From an uncultured virus (IMG/VR IMGVR_UViG_2695420475_000004) (lineage: Duplodnaviria; Heunggongvirae; Uroviricota; Caudoviricetes), in IMG/VR virus record IMGVR_UViG_2695420475_000004: a stretch of DNA of 32,944 nt. One strand, written 5' to 3'. The notes under the pieces were generated by a model. That model was not told the origin of the DNA. It was given only the letters and a program-made list of their open reading frames with translations, and did not search any database. Position numbers and translations under genes: made by a program. Position 1 is the first letter of the stretch, and every line of letters starts with the position of its first letter. This document shows, one piece after another, positions 1 to 9,060 of the stretch.

Positions 1-632
1 CATCCAGTCACCAGCGTTCCCTGCCCCGGCATGGCCATGAGCTGAATGCGGGTGTACGGCGCCTTGGCGCTGTGTACCGGGGAGTTCTTATTCGCGTTGT
101 CGCTCCAGGGCGGTGGAGTCCAGACATAGCAGCGGTACCAGACGTTGAGCTTGGCGCCGGGCGCAACGGAGTACACCCACTCATCGCTGATACCGGAACC
201 GACCCATACCCACTGCTTGCCCGGCATTGGCTCGGCGACCGTGTTTGTGCCCAGGTCAATCGCGGACCCAGTCTGCGAGTTGTAAATCCCCGTGGTCACC
301 GGCACCACCGGGTCAGTGTCGACGGCATGACTCCATCGGTCGCGGAACTGGATTGCATTGGGGTTACTAGTGATCCACTCTTTCGGCGATCGAACTACTC
401 GGATGAGAACGTCGCATTCCAGCGGACTGTCGTTGATCCAGCCGACCTTTTGGTCCATGAGCAAGAATCCCGGCATCACAGCCTGGGGAAAGCTGGCGGC
501 CGAGACACTGGCCGAATTGGCTTTCACGTCCCGGACGAGGCGCGGGACTGCCCAGGGCCGCATGCACAACGCACCGTTGTCATCGACGGTGAGATTCTCA
601 TCGATGCACGTGCGCGGCTCGATCCAATCCAC
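1..632 (-). CDS. Minor tail / baseplate-associated protein, about 210 aa; stop codon runs off the window edge
   Basis: Manual translation, not in the ORF track. GTG at 632 opens MDWIEPRTCIDENLTVDDNGALCMRPWAVPRLV...WYRCYVWTPPPWSDNANKNSP...QGTLVTG, ending in TG at positions 2-1. It follows the fibre module and has the late-promoter motif upstream. Confidence 0.8.
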   Translation of the reverse strand, partial: MDWIEPRTCIDENLTVDDNGALCMRPWAVPRLVRDVKANSASVSAASFPQAVMPGFLLMDQKVGWINDSPLECDVLIRVVRSPKEWITSNPNAIQFRDRWSHAVDTDPVVPVTTGIYNSQTGSAIDLGTNTVAEPMPGKQWVWVGSGISDEWVYSVAPGAKLNVWYRCYVWTPPPWSDNANKNSPVHSAKAPYTRIQLMAMPGQGTLVTG

Positions 633-638
633 GATGGG

Positions 639-657
639 AGGCTACGGCGCTGGGGTG
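639..657 (-). promoter_or_regulatory. Putative late promoter CACCCC-N7-TAGCCT, leaderless (GTG 6 nt downstream)
   Basis: Minus strand reads CACCCC AGCGCCG TAGCCT CCCATC GTG. The TAG of the -10 hexamer is also the stop codon of the upstream gene. Confidence 0.7.
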
Positions 658-905
658 AGCCCGGCCGTCAACGTCAGCCCGTCTGCGTCGGGCCAGTCGG
701 CGACGAACGACTCCGTGCGATAAAGCGCCCCAGAACTCGCCGAGACGACCAGCCACGAGGTGCAGCCGGTGGCGTCGGCGTCGTCAAACACGCTGCGCAG
801 CGCGATGGTCGGGTTCTCGGGGTAGTCGGGGTGGGTCTTCACCGAACCGCGCAGGTATCCGTCCATGGCGGCAGGGTAGCGAGCAGCGGTGCCGGCGCCG
901 GTCAC
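642..905 (-). CDS. Small tail-module hypothetical protein (87 aa), complete copy
   Basis: GTGA overlap with the upstream gene. A second, partial copy is at 2182-2363. Confidence 0.75.
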   Translation of the reverse strand: MTGAGTAARYPAAMDGYLRGSVKTHPDYPENPTIALRSVFDDADATGCTSWLVVSASSGALYRTESFVADWPDADGLTLTAGLTPAP

Positions 906-1213
906 TCAACGGCGAATTCGGCGCGGTAGTCGGCGGGGGTGAGTACGCGGATTTGGCCGGTCGAGGAGACGACGATCCAGCGGTCGGCGATGGCGATGAG
1001 TTCGGCTGAGGCGTCGCGGCGCGCGAGTTGGATGCGCCAGGCGGTGGGGTTTTCGACTTCTTGGGAACCGTGGACGATGCCGTAGTGCAGCTTGCGGGCG
1101 GTCAACAGCGAGTCGATCATCATCAAGGTCTGCGCGGCGCTCTGCGGTGTGCCGTCGAAGTACATGGCCTGGTAGGTGGTCTGTTTCAGCGGTGTCGCGT
1201 TGGTGAATCCCAT
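902..1213 (-). CDS. Small tail-module protein (103 aa, MGFTNATPLKQ...EFAVE), copy 1
   Basis: ATG at 1213 with GAAAGG upstream, directly after the tail-fibre stop. Conserved in other copies with synonymous and conservative changes. Confidence 0.8.
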   Translation of the reverse strand: MGFTNATPLKQTTYQAMYFDGTPQSAAQTLMMIDSLLTARKLHYGIVHGSQEVENPTAWRIQLARRDASAELIAIADRWIVVSSTGQIRVLTPADYRAEFAVE

Positions 1214-1245
1214 GTTTTCTCTGTGCCTTTCGCGGTGTTGCCTTT

Positions 1246-1857
1246 TTAGGGTTTGGGTTCGACGATGATGTGGCGGTCGGAGAAGGTTGCGGCGGCAGTG
1301 CTGGTTTTGTAGACGGCTTTGAACGTGGTGGTGCCCGGGGTCAGGCCGGTCAGGTGGATGCGGCGCGCCACGGTGCCGAACAGTCCGGCGGTGACGGTGC
1401 GCCCGTAGGCCGCGGTGGCGTCGGTTGCGGCGCGGGTGTTGGCGCCCGAGAGCGCACAGCCCATGTATCCGGTTTGTGCGGCAGCCCCGCCGGAGGTGTA
1501 GGCCGCCGACACATCGATGGTGACCTCGCCGCTTGTCGGCACGTTCAGAGTGACCGAAGGCCCGGGAGTGGCCAGGTCCACGTAGGCGGCGGTGCTGTTG
1601 GTGCCTTGGGCGGTCGCGATGGTGCCTGAGACGATGCGGGCGGGAGTGCCGGTGTCCAGGAACGCGAACTGTGACATCGAGCCGGGCAGCGCCGGGTCCG
1701 AGGATGCCCAGCCGCCGCTGCGGTAGGCCGCGCCCATCAGGGAGGTGGCGCCCGAGTCGTTGTAGGAGTCGAATGCGGTGCCGTTGACCCCGACGGTGAA
1801 GGTGCGGGCGGTATCGGAGGTCAGGGTGAAGGCGTTGAACGGGATCGCGGCCCCGAC
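1246..1857 (-). CDS. Tail fibre/receptor-binding protein C-terminal fragment, allele A (5' end lost in N gap)
   Basis: Near-identical to the C-terminus of 3235-5334 (...FSDRHIIVEPKP) and bounded by an N run. Confidence 0.7.
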   Translation of the reverse strand, partial: VGAAIPFNAFTLTSDTARTFTVGVNGTAFDSYNDSGATSLMGAAYRSGGWASSDPALPGSMSQFAFLDTGTPARIVSGTIATAQGTNSTAAYVDLATPGPSVTLNVPTSGEVTIDVSAAYTSGGAAAQTGYMGCALSGANTRAATDATAAYGRTVTAGLFGTVARRIHLTGLTPGTTTFKAVYKTSTAAATFSDRHIIVEPKP

Positions 1858-2181
1858 NNNNNNNNNNNNNNNNNNNNNNNNNNNNNNNCAGCGAGTCGAT
1901 CATCGTCAGGGTTTGTGNNNNNNNNNNNNNNNNNNNNNNNNNNNNNNNNNNNNNNNNNNNNNNNNNNNNNNNNNNNNNNNNNNNNNNNNNNNNNNNNNNN
2001 NNNNNNNNNNNNNNNNNNNNNNNNNNNNNNNNNNNNNNNNNNNNNNNNNNNNNNNNNNNNNNNNNNNNNNNNNNNNNNNNNNNNNNNNNNNNNNNNNNNN
2101 NNNNNNNNNNNNNNNNNNNNNNNNNNNNNNNNNNNNNNNNNNNNNNNNNNNNNNNNNNNNNNNNNNNNNNNNNNNNNNNNN

Positions 2182-2363
2182 AGCGCCCCAGAACTCGCCG
2201 AGACGACCAGCCACGAGTTGCAGCCGGTGGCGTCGGCGTCGTCAAACACGCTGCGCAGCGCGATGGTCGGGTTCTCGGGATAGTCGGGGTGGGTCTTCAC
2301 CGAACCGCGCAGGTATCCGTCCATGGCGGCAGGGTAGCGAGCAGCGGTGCCGGCGCCGGTCAC
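2182..2363 (-). CDS. Partial second copy of the 87-aa gene, truncated by N gap
   Basis: MTGAGTAARY...GCNSW, versus GCTSW in the 642-905 copy. Confidence 0.65.
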
Positions 2364-2671
2364 TCAACGGCGAATTCGGCGCGGTAGTCGGCGGGGGTGA
2401 GTACTCGGACTTGGCCGGTCGAGGAAACGACGATCCAGCGGTCGGCGATGGCGATGAGTTCGGCTGATCCGTCGCGGCGCGCGAGTTGGATACGCCAGGC
2501 GGTGGGGTTTTCGACTTCTTGGGAACCGTGGACGATGCCGTAGTGCAGCTTGCGGGCGGTCAACAGCGAGTCGATCATCATCAAGGTCTGCGCGGCGCTC
2601 TGCGGTGTGCCGTCGAAGTACATGGCCTGGTAGGTGGTCTGTTTCAGCGGTGTCGCGTTGGTGAATCCCAT
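2360..2671 (-). CDS. Small tail-module protein (103 aa), copy 2
   Basis: ATG at 2671. Differs from copy 1 at RRDGS/RRDAS and GQVR/GQIR, plus synonymous changes. Confidence 0.75.
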   Translation of the reverse strand: MGFTNATPLKQTTYQAMYFDGTPQSAAQTLMMIDSLLTARKLHYGIVHGSQEVENPTAWRIQLARRDGSAELIAIADRWIVVSSTGQVRVLTPADYRAEFAVE

Positions 2672-2700
2672 GAATTCTCTGTGCCTTTCGCGGTGCGGTC

Positions 2701-3063
2701 TTAGGGTTTGGGTTCGACGATGATGTGGCGGTCGGAGAAGGTTGCGGTGCTGGTGCTGGTTTTGTAGACGGCTTTGAACGTGGTGGTGCCCGGGGTCAGG
2801 CCGGTCAGGTGGATGCGGCGCGCCACGGTGCCGAACAGTCCGGCGGTGACGGTGCGCCCGTAGGCCGCGGTGGCGTCGGTTGCGGCGCGGGTGTTGGCGC
2901 CCGAGAGCGCACAGCCCATGTATCCGGTTTGTGCGGCGGCCCCGCCGGAGGAGTACGCGGCCGACACATCGATGGTGACTTCGCCGCTGGCGGGCACGTT
3001 CAGAGTGACCGAAGGCCCGGGAGTGGCCAGGTCCACGTAGGCGGCGGTGCTGTTGGTGCCTTG
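2701..3063 (-). CDS. Tail fibre C-terminal fragment, allele B
   Basis: Same C-terminal domain with VPASG, AYSSG and TSTSTAT variants. Begins at the single N at 3064. Confidence 0.65.
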   Translation of the reverse strand, partial: QGTNSTAAYVDLATPGPSVTLNVPASGEVTIDVSAAYSSGGAAAQTGYMGCALSGANTRAATDATAAYGRTVTAGLFGTVARRIHLTGLTPGTTTFKAVYKTSTSTATFSDRHIIVEPKP

Positions 3064-3064
3064 N

Positions 3065-3202
3065 GATGCCGTAGTGCAGCTTGCGGGCGGTCAACAGCGA
3101 GTCGATCATCATCAAGGTCTGCGCGGCGCTCTGCGGTGTGCCGTCGAAGTACATGGCCTGGTAGGTGGTCTGTTTCAGCGGTGTCGCGTTGGTGAATCCC
3201 AT
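3065..3202 (-). CDS. Partial third copy of the 103-aa gene, cut at the single N
   Basis: ATG at 3202, MGFTNATPLKQ...KLHYGI, then N at 3064. Confidence 0.6.
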
Positions 3203-3234
3203 GTTTTCTCTGTGCCTTTCGCGGTGTTGCCTTT

Positions 3235-6200
3235 TTAGGGTTTGGGTTCGACGATGATGTGGCGGTCGGAGAAGGTTGCGGCGGCAGTGCTGGTTTTGTA
3301 GACGGCTTTGAACGTGGTGGTGCCCGGGGTCAGGCCGGTCAGGTGGATGCGGCGCGCCAGGGTGCCGTAAAGGCCGGCGGTGACGGTGCGCCCGTAGGCG
3401 GCGGTGGCGTCGGTTGCGGCGCGGGTGTTGGCGCCCGAGAGCGCACAGCCCATGTATCCGGTTTGTGCGGCAGCCCCGCCGGAGGTGTAGGCCGCCGACA
3501 CATCGATGGTGACCTCGCCGCTTGTCGGCACGTTCAGAGTGACCGAAGGCCCGGGAGTGGCCAGGTCCACGTAGGCGGCGGTGCTGTTGGTGCCTTGGGC
3601 GGTCGCGATGGTGCCTGAGACGATGCGGGCGGGAGTGCCGGTGTCCAGGAACGCGAACTGTGACATCGAGCCGGGCAGCGCCGGGTCCGAGGATGCCCAG
3701 CCGCCGCTGCGGTAGGCCGCGCCCATCAGGGAGGTGGCGCCCGAGTCGTTGTAGGAGTCGAACGCGGTGCCGTTGACCCCGACGGTGAAGGTGCGGGCGG
3801 TATCGGAGGTCAGGGTGAAGGCGTTGAACGGGATCGCGGCCCCGACCGTGCCGGTTTTCCACGCGGACTTGACCCCGGAAGCCACCCGGCCCAGCTCGTA
3901 GTGGGTGACACCGGAGACATCCCAGATCCACAGATAGACGTAATCGGTAAACCCCGAATTGGCGCGGATGATCAGCATGTAGCCGCCGGCCGCCCCGCCG
4001 GGCGCGATGGTGCGCCACTGCCCGGCCGCGGTCATCGAATCGGTCTGGGCGACCCCGGTGTTGAGTTTGAACGTCGGCAAGATCAGCGTGCCCATGGCGG
4101 TGAACTGCGGCGGTATCGGTGCGCGGGCGCGCATCCAGATCTTGGCCGGACCGCCGGTGCCACCCTTGGTGTAGTTGCCGAACAGGCCACCGTTACCGCC
4201 CGCACCACCACCGGCCACGCCACCGGTGCCCGCGTTACCGGTACCCCCGGATCCGGCGGTGAAGGCCTCCCCGAACGCCGACAAGGTTTGGGGGCTGATG
4301 GTTTTGCCGTTCTGGCCGCTGCCGCCGCGCCGGGCACCCTCACCGCCTGCGCCGCCCGCCGCGGTGGCCACCGGTGTGCCGGTGGGGCTGGTGATCGTCG
4401 AGGTATCGCCGGGGCTGCCGTTATCGCCGAAGCCCAGGCCCTCGTCTTGTCCGCCCAGACCGCCGCCCCCGGCGAAGATCGAATACGCCCCAGCCTCGAG
4501 CGGGAAGGTGCCGGTGGCCCATGCGCCGGGGTAGCCGCCGACGCCGAATGCTCCCGAGCCGCCTTCACCGGCACCGCCGCCACCGGCGGCCGGCGCGATC
4601 ACATACTCGCCGTACCCACCTGCCGCCCACGGCGGGGGTGTCCACGCCGCGGTACCCGGACCGGTGAATACGGTGGTTTCCGCGGGCCGGAACGTGATCG
4701 AGGCGTTGAACCCGCCGACATCGGAGAGGATGTTTTGCAGCGCATTGATCGCCGCGCCTTGAGAATTGACCGTGTTGACCAGCGCGGCCATCGCCGCGTT
4801 AGCCTGCTCCTGGGAGGCCCGGGGCACGTTGTTGCCGCCGAACTGATTGAACAGCTGGGTCGGGATTGAGGCCAGTGCCTCGGCCAATCCTTCCACCGCC
4901 TGACCGGCCACGCCCGGGGTGTTGCGGATCGCGTTGATACCGGCGTCGATCGTGCTCTGAGCGCTGGTCTGCGCGGCGCTGGCCGCCGACGAGGCGGCGC
5001 TGGCGTCGGCCATCGCGGTTGCGGCGTTGGTGCCCGCGGTGTTGGCCGTTGATTTCGTCCCCAGGAAATCAGCAACGGACGCCGCGATGTTCGCCCATGA
5101 CCCGCCGCTGAGCCAGGACGTCCAATTGCCCAGCCCCGTAGCCGCATTGGTCCCCGCTGTCGCCGCGGTGCTCTTGGTGCTCAAGAAATCGGACACCGCG
5201 GCACCGACGGTGGCCCACGAGCCGCCGGTGAGCCATGACGTCCAGTTCCCGAGCCCGGTATTCGCATTCGTCGTCGTACTCGAGAGTTCCGACCACTTCG
5301 CCGTCAACCAGTCGGTGATCGAGGTGAACGTCTTNNNNNNNNNNNNNNNNNNNNNNNNNNNNNNNNNNNNNNNNNNNNNNNNNNNNNNNNNNNNNNGGGC
5401 TGCCGTTATCGCCGAAGCCCAGGCCCTCGTCTTGTCCGCCCAGACCGCCGCCCCCGGCGAAGACCGAATACGCCCCAGCCTCGATGGGGAAAGTGCCGGT
5501 GGCCCACCCTCCCGGGTAACCGCCCGCGCCGCTGGCGCCCGTGCCGCCTTCACCGGCACCGCCGCCACCGGCGGCTGGGGCGATCACATACTCGCCGTAT
5601 CCGCCTGCCGCCCATGCCGGAGGTGTCCACGGCGCGGTGCCCGGACCGGTGAATACGGTGGTTTCCGCGGGCCGGAACGTGATCGAGGCGTTGAACCCGC
5701 CGACATCGGAGAGGATGTTTTGCAGCGCATTGATCGCCGCGCCTTGAGAATTGACCGTGTTGACCAGCGCGGCCATCGCCGCGTTGGCCTGCTCCTGGGA
5801 GGCCCGGGGCACATTGTTGCCGCCGAACTGGTTGTACAACTGGGTCGGGATCGAGGCCAGCGCCTCGGCCCAACCCTCGACCGCCTGACCGGCCACACCA
5901 GGGGTGTTGCGGATCGCGTTGATACCGGCATCGATCGTGCCCTGAACGCTGGTCTGCGCGGCACTGGCCGCCGACGACGCGGCGCTGGCGTCGGCCATCG
6001 CGGTTGCGGCGTTGGTGCCCGCGGTGTTGGCCGTTGATTTCGTCCCCAGGAAATCAGCAACGGACGCCGCGATGTTCGCCCATGACCCGCCGCTGAGCCA
6101 GGACGTCCAATTGCCCAGCCCCGTAGCCGCATTGGTCCCCGCTGTCGCCGCGGTGCTCTTGGTGCTCAAGAAATCGGACACCGCGGCACCGACGGTGGCC

Positions 6201-6586
6201 CACGAGCCGCCGGTGAGCCATGACGTCCAGTTCCCGAGTCCGGTGTTCGCATTCGTCGTCGTACTCGAGAGTTCCGACCACTTCGCCGTCAACCAGTCGG
6301 TGATCGAGGTGAACGTCTTGCCGTTGCCGCCCGTGACCGCTTCGGCGATCTCCTGCTCAGAAACCTGGCTGCCACGCTGACTCAAATCAACCGCAACAGG
6401 AGTCGGTTCCTGCCCGACCTCAAGCACCTCGCCAGGGCTGGTCGCCATCAGTCGGCCGGCGACCGCGGACAGAACCCACATCCCCACCCGGACTGTCCGG
6501 GGATTTTCGAGCGCTGAGAGCCGCTGCGCCACCTCGCGTGTCCACTCCTGGTCGGTGCGCGGCGCCTGGCCTGGAACTCGGCTCAC
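3235..6586 (-). CDS. Glycine-rich tail fibre / receptor-binding minor tail protein; about 788 aa once the N-flanked internal duplication is removed
   Basis: GTG at 6586 (GTGA overlap) opens MSRVPGQAPRTDQEW. Contains an Ala/Thr-rich repeat, a Gly-rich segment and a beta-rich C-terminus. Joining 6586-6320 to 5334-3235 gives 2367 nt in frame. Confidence 0.8.
4412..6319. repeat. 923-bp divergent direct duplication inside the tail-fibre gene (4412-5334 vs 5397-6319), separated by 62 N
   Basis: Offset 985 nt. Differences include GTGASGAGGYPGG vs GSGAFGVGGYPGA, VEGW vs VEGL and QLYN vs QLFN. Confidence 0.9.
6014..6253 (-). repeat. Two 40-aa (120-bp) tandem units in the fibre (NAxTGLGNWTSWLxGGSWAx...DFLxTKSTAxTAGT); same repeat at 5029-5268
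   Basis: Unit starts at 6253 and 6133, with a partial third at 6013. Confidence 0.85.
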
Positions 6587-7620
6587 TGTGTCACCGCCCC
6601 TTTCTGGGCGATCTCCACCAGTTCGGGCAGGTCGTCGTTGACCGAAGCCAGCGTGAGCGCCACGGCTCCGTCACCGGTGACTGTGACGTTCTGCAGTTCC
6701 ATCAGTTGCAGCACCCCCAGTGCTTCGACGTTGAACCGCACTGACGGGATCAGCTGCGAAATGTCTAGCGGAGCATCAGGATGCAGCACGGCACCGTCAG
6801 AGAGCACCAAGGTGTCTTTGATGGCCCCGGTGTAGCGCACGTATTGCTTGGCTGCGCGGTCGACGTTGGAAACGCCGAACATGTCGTCGATGTTGTTGAT
6901 CGTCTGCAACTGCAGACCGCCCATCGGCACGCTGGCGCGAGCCAGGTTGTCGCCGCCGCGCAGCAGAACATCGTTGTAGGTCTGGCTGGCATCACGCACG
7001 ATCGAGAATTCCCCGCCCGTGAAGTCGTCTTCGCCGAGCGCCACAATCGATTTGAGCTGGGCCGGGCCCAGAATGGGCACACCGCCGACGACTGTCCAGT
7101 GCAGCCCCAGCCCGACGAGCCGATCGAACGTCGCACTCATCATCTGCTCGTCGGCGATAGCCTCGAAATCGAAGTGGTCGCCGCGCGGGTCCACGCGTTC
7201 GATGACTCGAGTGTTCAGTCCGTGGTGGGCGATCATCGCGGCCCACAGCTCGCCCGCGATCTTCGAGGGGTCGGCTGCATCCCAGTTTTTCGTCAACGGG
7301 CAGCGCGTGCGGGTCATCAACGCCGACATATCCCGCGCGGAAATGGAGGTTCGTGAGCGACTAGCTGAGACTCGCTGGATCGGTCCTGACCAGTACAACT
7401 CGCGGCCCTGATCATCGAACACGTCGATCCAATGCAGCCACGGTGTGATGTCCATGCGGCCGGCGTCGATCACGCTCGGCACGGTCATTTCCAGCACCGA
7501 TACTTGCCGCTGCTCGCGGGTCCATTTCAACGACTCCTGATGCGTGGCCAGGAATTGGTCGAGCTGCTTGCCGCTGGCGGTGCGCAGCGACACGATCTGT
7601 TCAGAGCTGATGACCGGCAT
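6583..7620 (-). CDS. Minor tail protein (baseplate hub/Tal-like position), 345 aa
   Basis: Second gene after the tape measure, GGGAG SD, size typical of this position. Confidence 0.8.
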   Translation of the reverse strand: MPVISSEQIVSLRTASGKQLDQFLATHQESLKWTREQRQVSVLEMTVPSVIDAGRMDITPWLHWIDVFDDQGRELYWSGPIQRVSASRSRTSISARDMSALMTRTRCPLTKNWDAADPSKIAGELWAAMIAHHGLNTRVIERVDPRGDHFDFEAIADEQMMSATFDRLVGLGLHWTVVGGVPILGPAQLKSIVALGEDDFTGGEFSIVRDASQTYNDVLLRGGDNLARASVPMGGLQLQTINNIDDMFGVSNVDRAAKQYVRYTGAIKDTLVLSDGAVLHPDAPLDISQLIPSVRFNVEALGVLQLMELQNVTVTGDGAVALTLASVNDDLPELVEIAQKGAVTQ

Positions 7621-7623
7621 GGC

Positions 7624-9060
7624 TCACGGCTCCCGATCGGTGAGTGTCATGGTGACCTCGAATTGCGAGGTGCTAGCTGTTTGAACGATGAAATCCCAGC
7701 ATGTTTCGCGGTCGATACGTGGTGGCCGCCAGGGAGCGCCGTTGGGGGTGCCGACGATCCCGACGGCGCGGTGCTTGCGGTCGTCATAGATGGCCCAGTA
7801 GCGCCCCGAGATGCCGTCGAGCACTAGCTCTGTCAGTGGCGGCAGACCCGATACCTGCAGCGGGAATCGGTTGTCTTCGCAGCGCACATCAGTGCCGCAC
7901 ACCCGCAGAAACGCTTGCAGCGTCAGCGGTGTCTCGCCGAGGTTACGGATCGCGATGCTGACCGCGGTGTCCCGGCAGCGGAACGCGTAATCCATGGTGG
8001 GGATACGGAAGCTGTACTTGTCGATCTCGCCGACCGGCAGGCACCCGCCGCACACCGGCGGCGGAGTGTCCAGGATCGTGATCTCCTCGGGCACGCAGTC
8101 GGCGGAGAACAGCACCGGCATGTCCGAACAGGTGGAGGGCTTTTCGCAGTCGGCAGCGTGAACCCAGTTGACCGGTTGCCGTGTGATCTCGTCCCAGTCG
8201 ACCGGCACCCTTACCTGCGGCAGGTAGGCGTAGGGCGAGAGCACCGTCATTTCCCAGCTGATCCGGTAGAGGTTGGCTTGGTGGTGCTGGCCGGCCTGGG
8301 TGTTGTATTCGGTGATGATCCGCGGCTCTTTGGTCAAGACAACGCCATGCACCTCGCGTAGCAACGATGCCGGATCGACGCCCGAATGCGCTGGGCTGGC
8401 AGCAAGATAACGCAGAACGCTGGTGTTGTCGTCGATGGTGTCCCGCAGGATGCAGGACAACCAGTCCATGCCGAACTCGACGCCAGCGTGAGTGCAGGCG
8501 ATCATCAGCGCCTCGAATGTGAGGGTGCGTGGCAGGTCCCGGTGCGGGCCGGCCGCGGCCCCTGAGCCGGTCATCTGGGTGATGGGCCGTTCTACCGGTG
8601 TTGCTCCCAGGCCGTCGATTTTCATCACCCATACGCCACCGAACTCTGTGGATTCGGGCAGTTCAGTGCTGTACCACGGTGCCAGCTCGGGGCGATAGAT
8701 GTTGTCGCCCAGGAATTCCCGAAGACCTGGCCACGAATCGTCGTAGGTGACGATTGTGGAGCATGACCCGCAGAACGCGATCGGACCCCAGCACGTGCCG
8801 TTGATCTCAAACAGACCGGGCCCCAGCCGGCGGGCACCGTTGGGCGGCGTGAGCAGGCCGGGGCTCACTTCGGTGGAGCTGTCGGGGATTTCGTAGAACC
8901 CCGGAAATTCGGTGGATTCGATAAGCGCGCAGTCGGTGTTCGGGTCGTCGCCAAAGACGCCGATGTCGCTGGTTGGCACATCCTGGCCCAGGTGTGCGAT
9001 CACCCGGGAGCTGTTGGCGATCTCCACGCCGTTGAGGGTGAAGTATCCGCGGTAGGCCAT
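7624..9060 (-). CDS. Minor tail protein (distal tail/Dit-like position), 478 aa, Cys-rich
   Basis: First gene after the tape measure, TGATG-coupled. N-terminus MAYRGYFTLNGVEIANSSR is typical of this position in cluster-B-like phages. Confidence 0.8.
   Translation of the reverse strand: MAYRGYFTLNGVEIANSSRVIAHLGQDVPTSDIGVFGDDPNTDCALIESTEFPGFYEIPDSSTEVSPGLLTPPNGARRLGPGLFEINGTCWGPIAFCGSCSTIVTYDDSWPGLREFLGDNIYRPELAPWYSTELPESTEFGGVWVMKIDGLGATPVERPITQMTGSGAAAGPHRDLPRTLTFEALMIACTHAGVEFGMDWLSCILRDTIDDNTSVLRYLAASPAHSGVDPASLLREVHGVVLTKEPRIITEYNTQAGQHHQANLYRISWEMTVLSPYAYLPQVRVPVDWDEITRQPVNWVHAADCEKPSTCSDMPVLFSADCVPEEITILDTPPPVCGGCLPVGEIDKYSFRIPTMDYAFRCRDTAVSIAIRNLGETPLTLQAFLRVCGTDVRCEDNRFPLQVSGLPPLTELVLDGISGRYWAIYDDRKHRAVGIVGTPNGAPWRPPRIDRETCWDFIVQTASTSQFEVTMTLTDREP

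Larger units (their letters stand above)
724..3846. repeat. Three overlapping divergent copies of [tail-fibre 3' end + 103-aa gene + 87-aa gene], separated by N gaps
   Basis: 2182-3063 matches about 724-1608 (offset 1455-1458), and 3065-3846 matches about 1076-1857 (offset 1989). Gaps are at 1858-1888, 1918-2181 and 3064. Confidence 0.9.

Noticed and set aside
923..941. Extra promoter-motif match CACCCC-N7-TACCGC upstream of the 87-aa gene
   Set aside because: It lacks the conserved last T, lies inside coding sequence, and the downstream gene is already translationally coupled. Not counted among the ten sites.
902..5568. Long ORF-track entries 902-2245, 1821-2363, 2360-4018 and the 5' part of 3235-5568
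   Set aside because: These are chimeras that read through N gaps or run in off-frames before joining the real small genes.
1246..6319. Diversity-generating retroelement acting on the tail fibre (TR/VR pairs)
   Set aside because: Differences between copies include many non-adenine (G/C) and synonymous changes, the copies are gene-length, and no reverse transcriptase is present in the window.
642..6586. Invertase/shufflon-type tail-fibre switching
   Set aside because: All copies are in direct orientation, no recombinase gene or inverted crossover sites are visible, and all junctions coincide with Ns.
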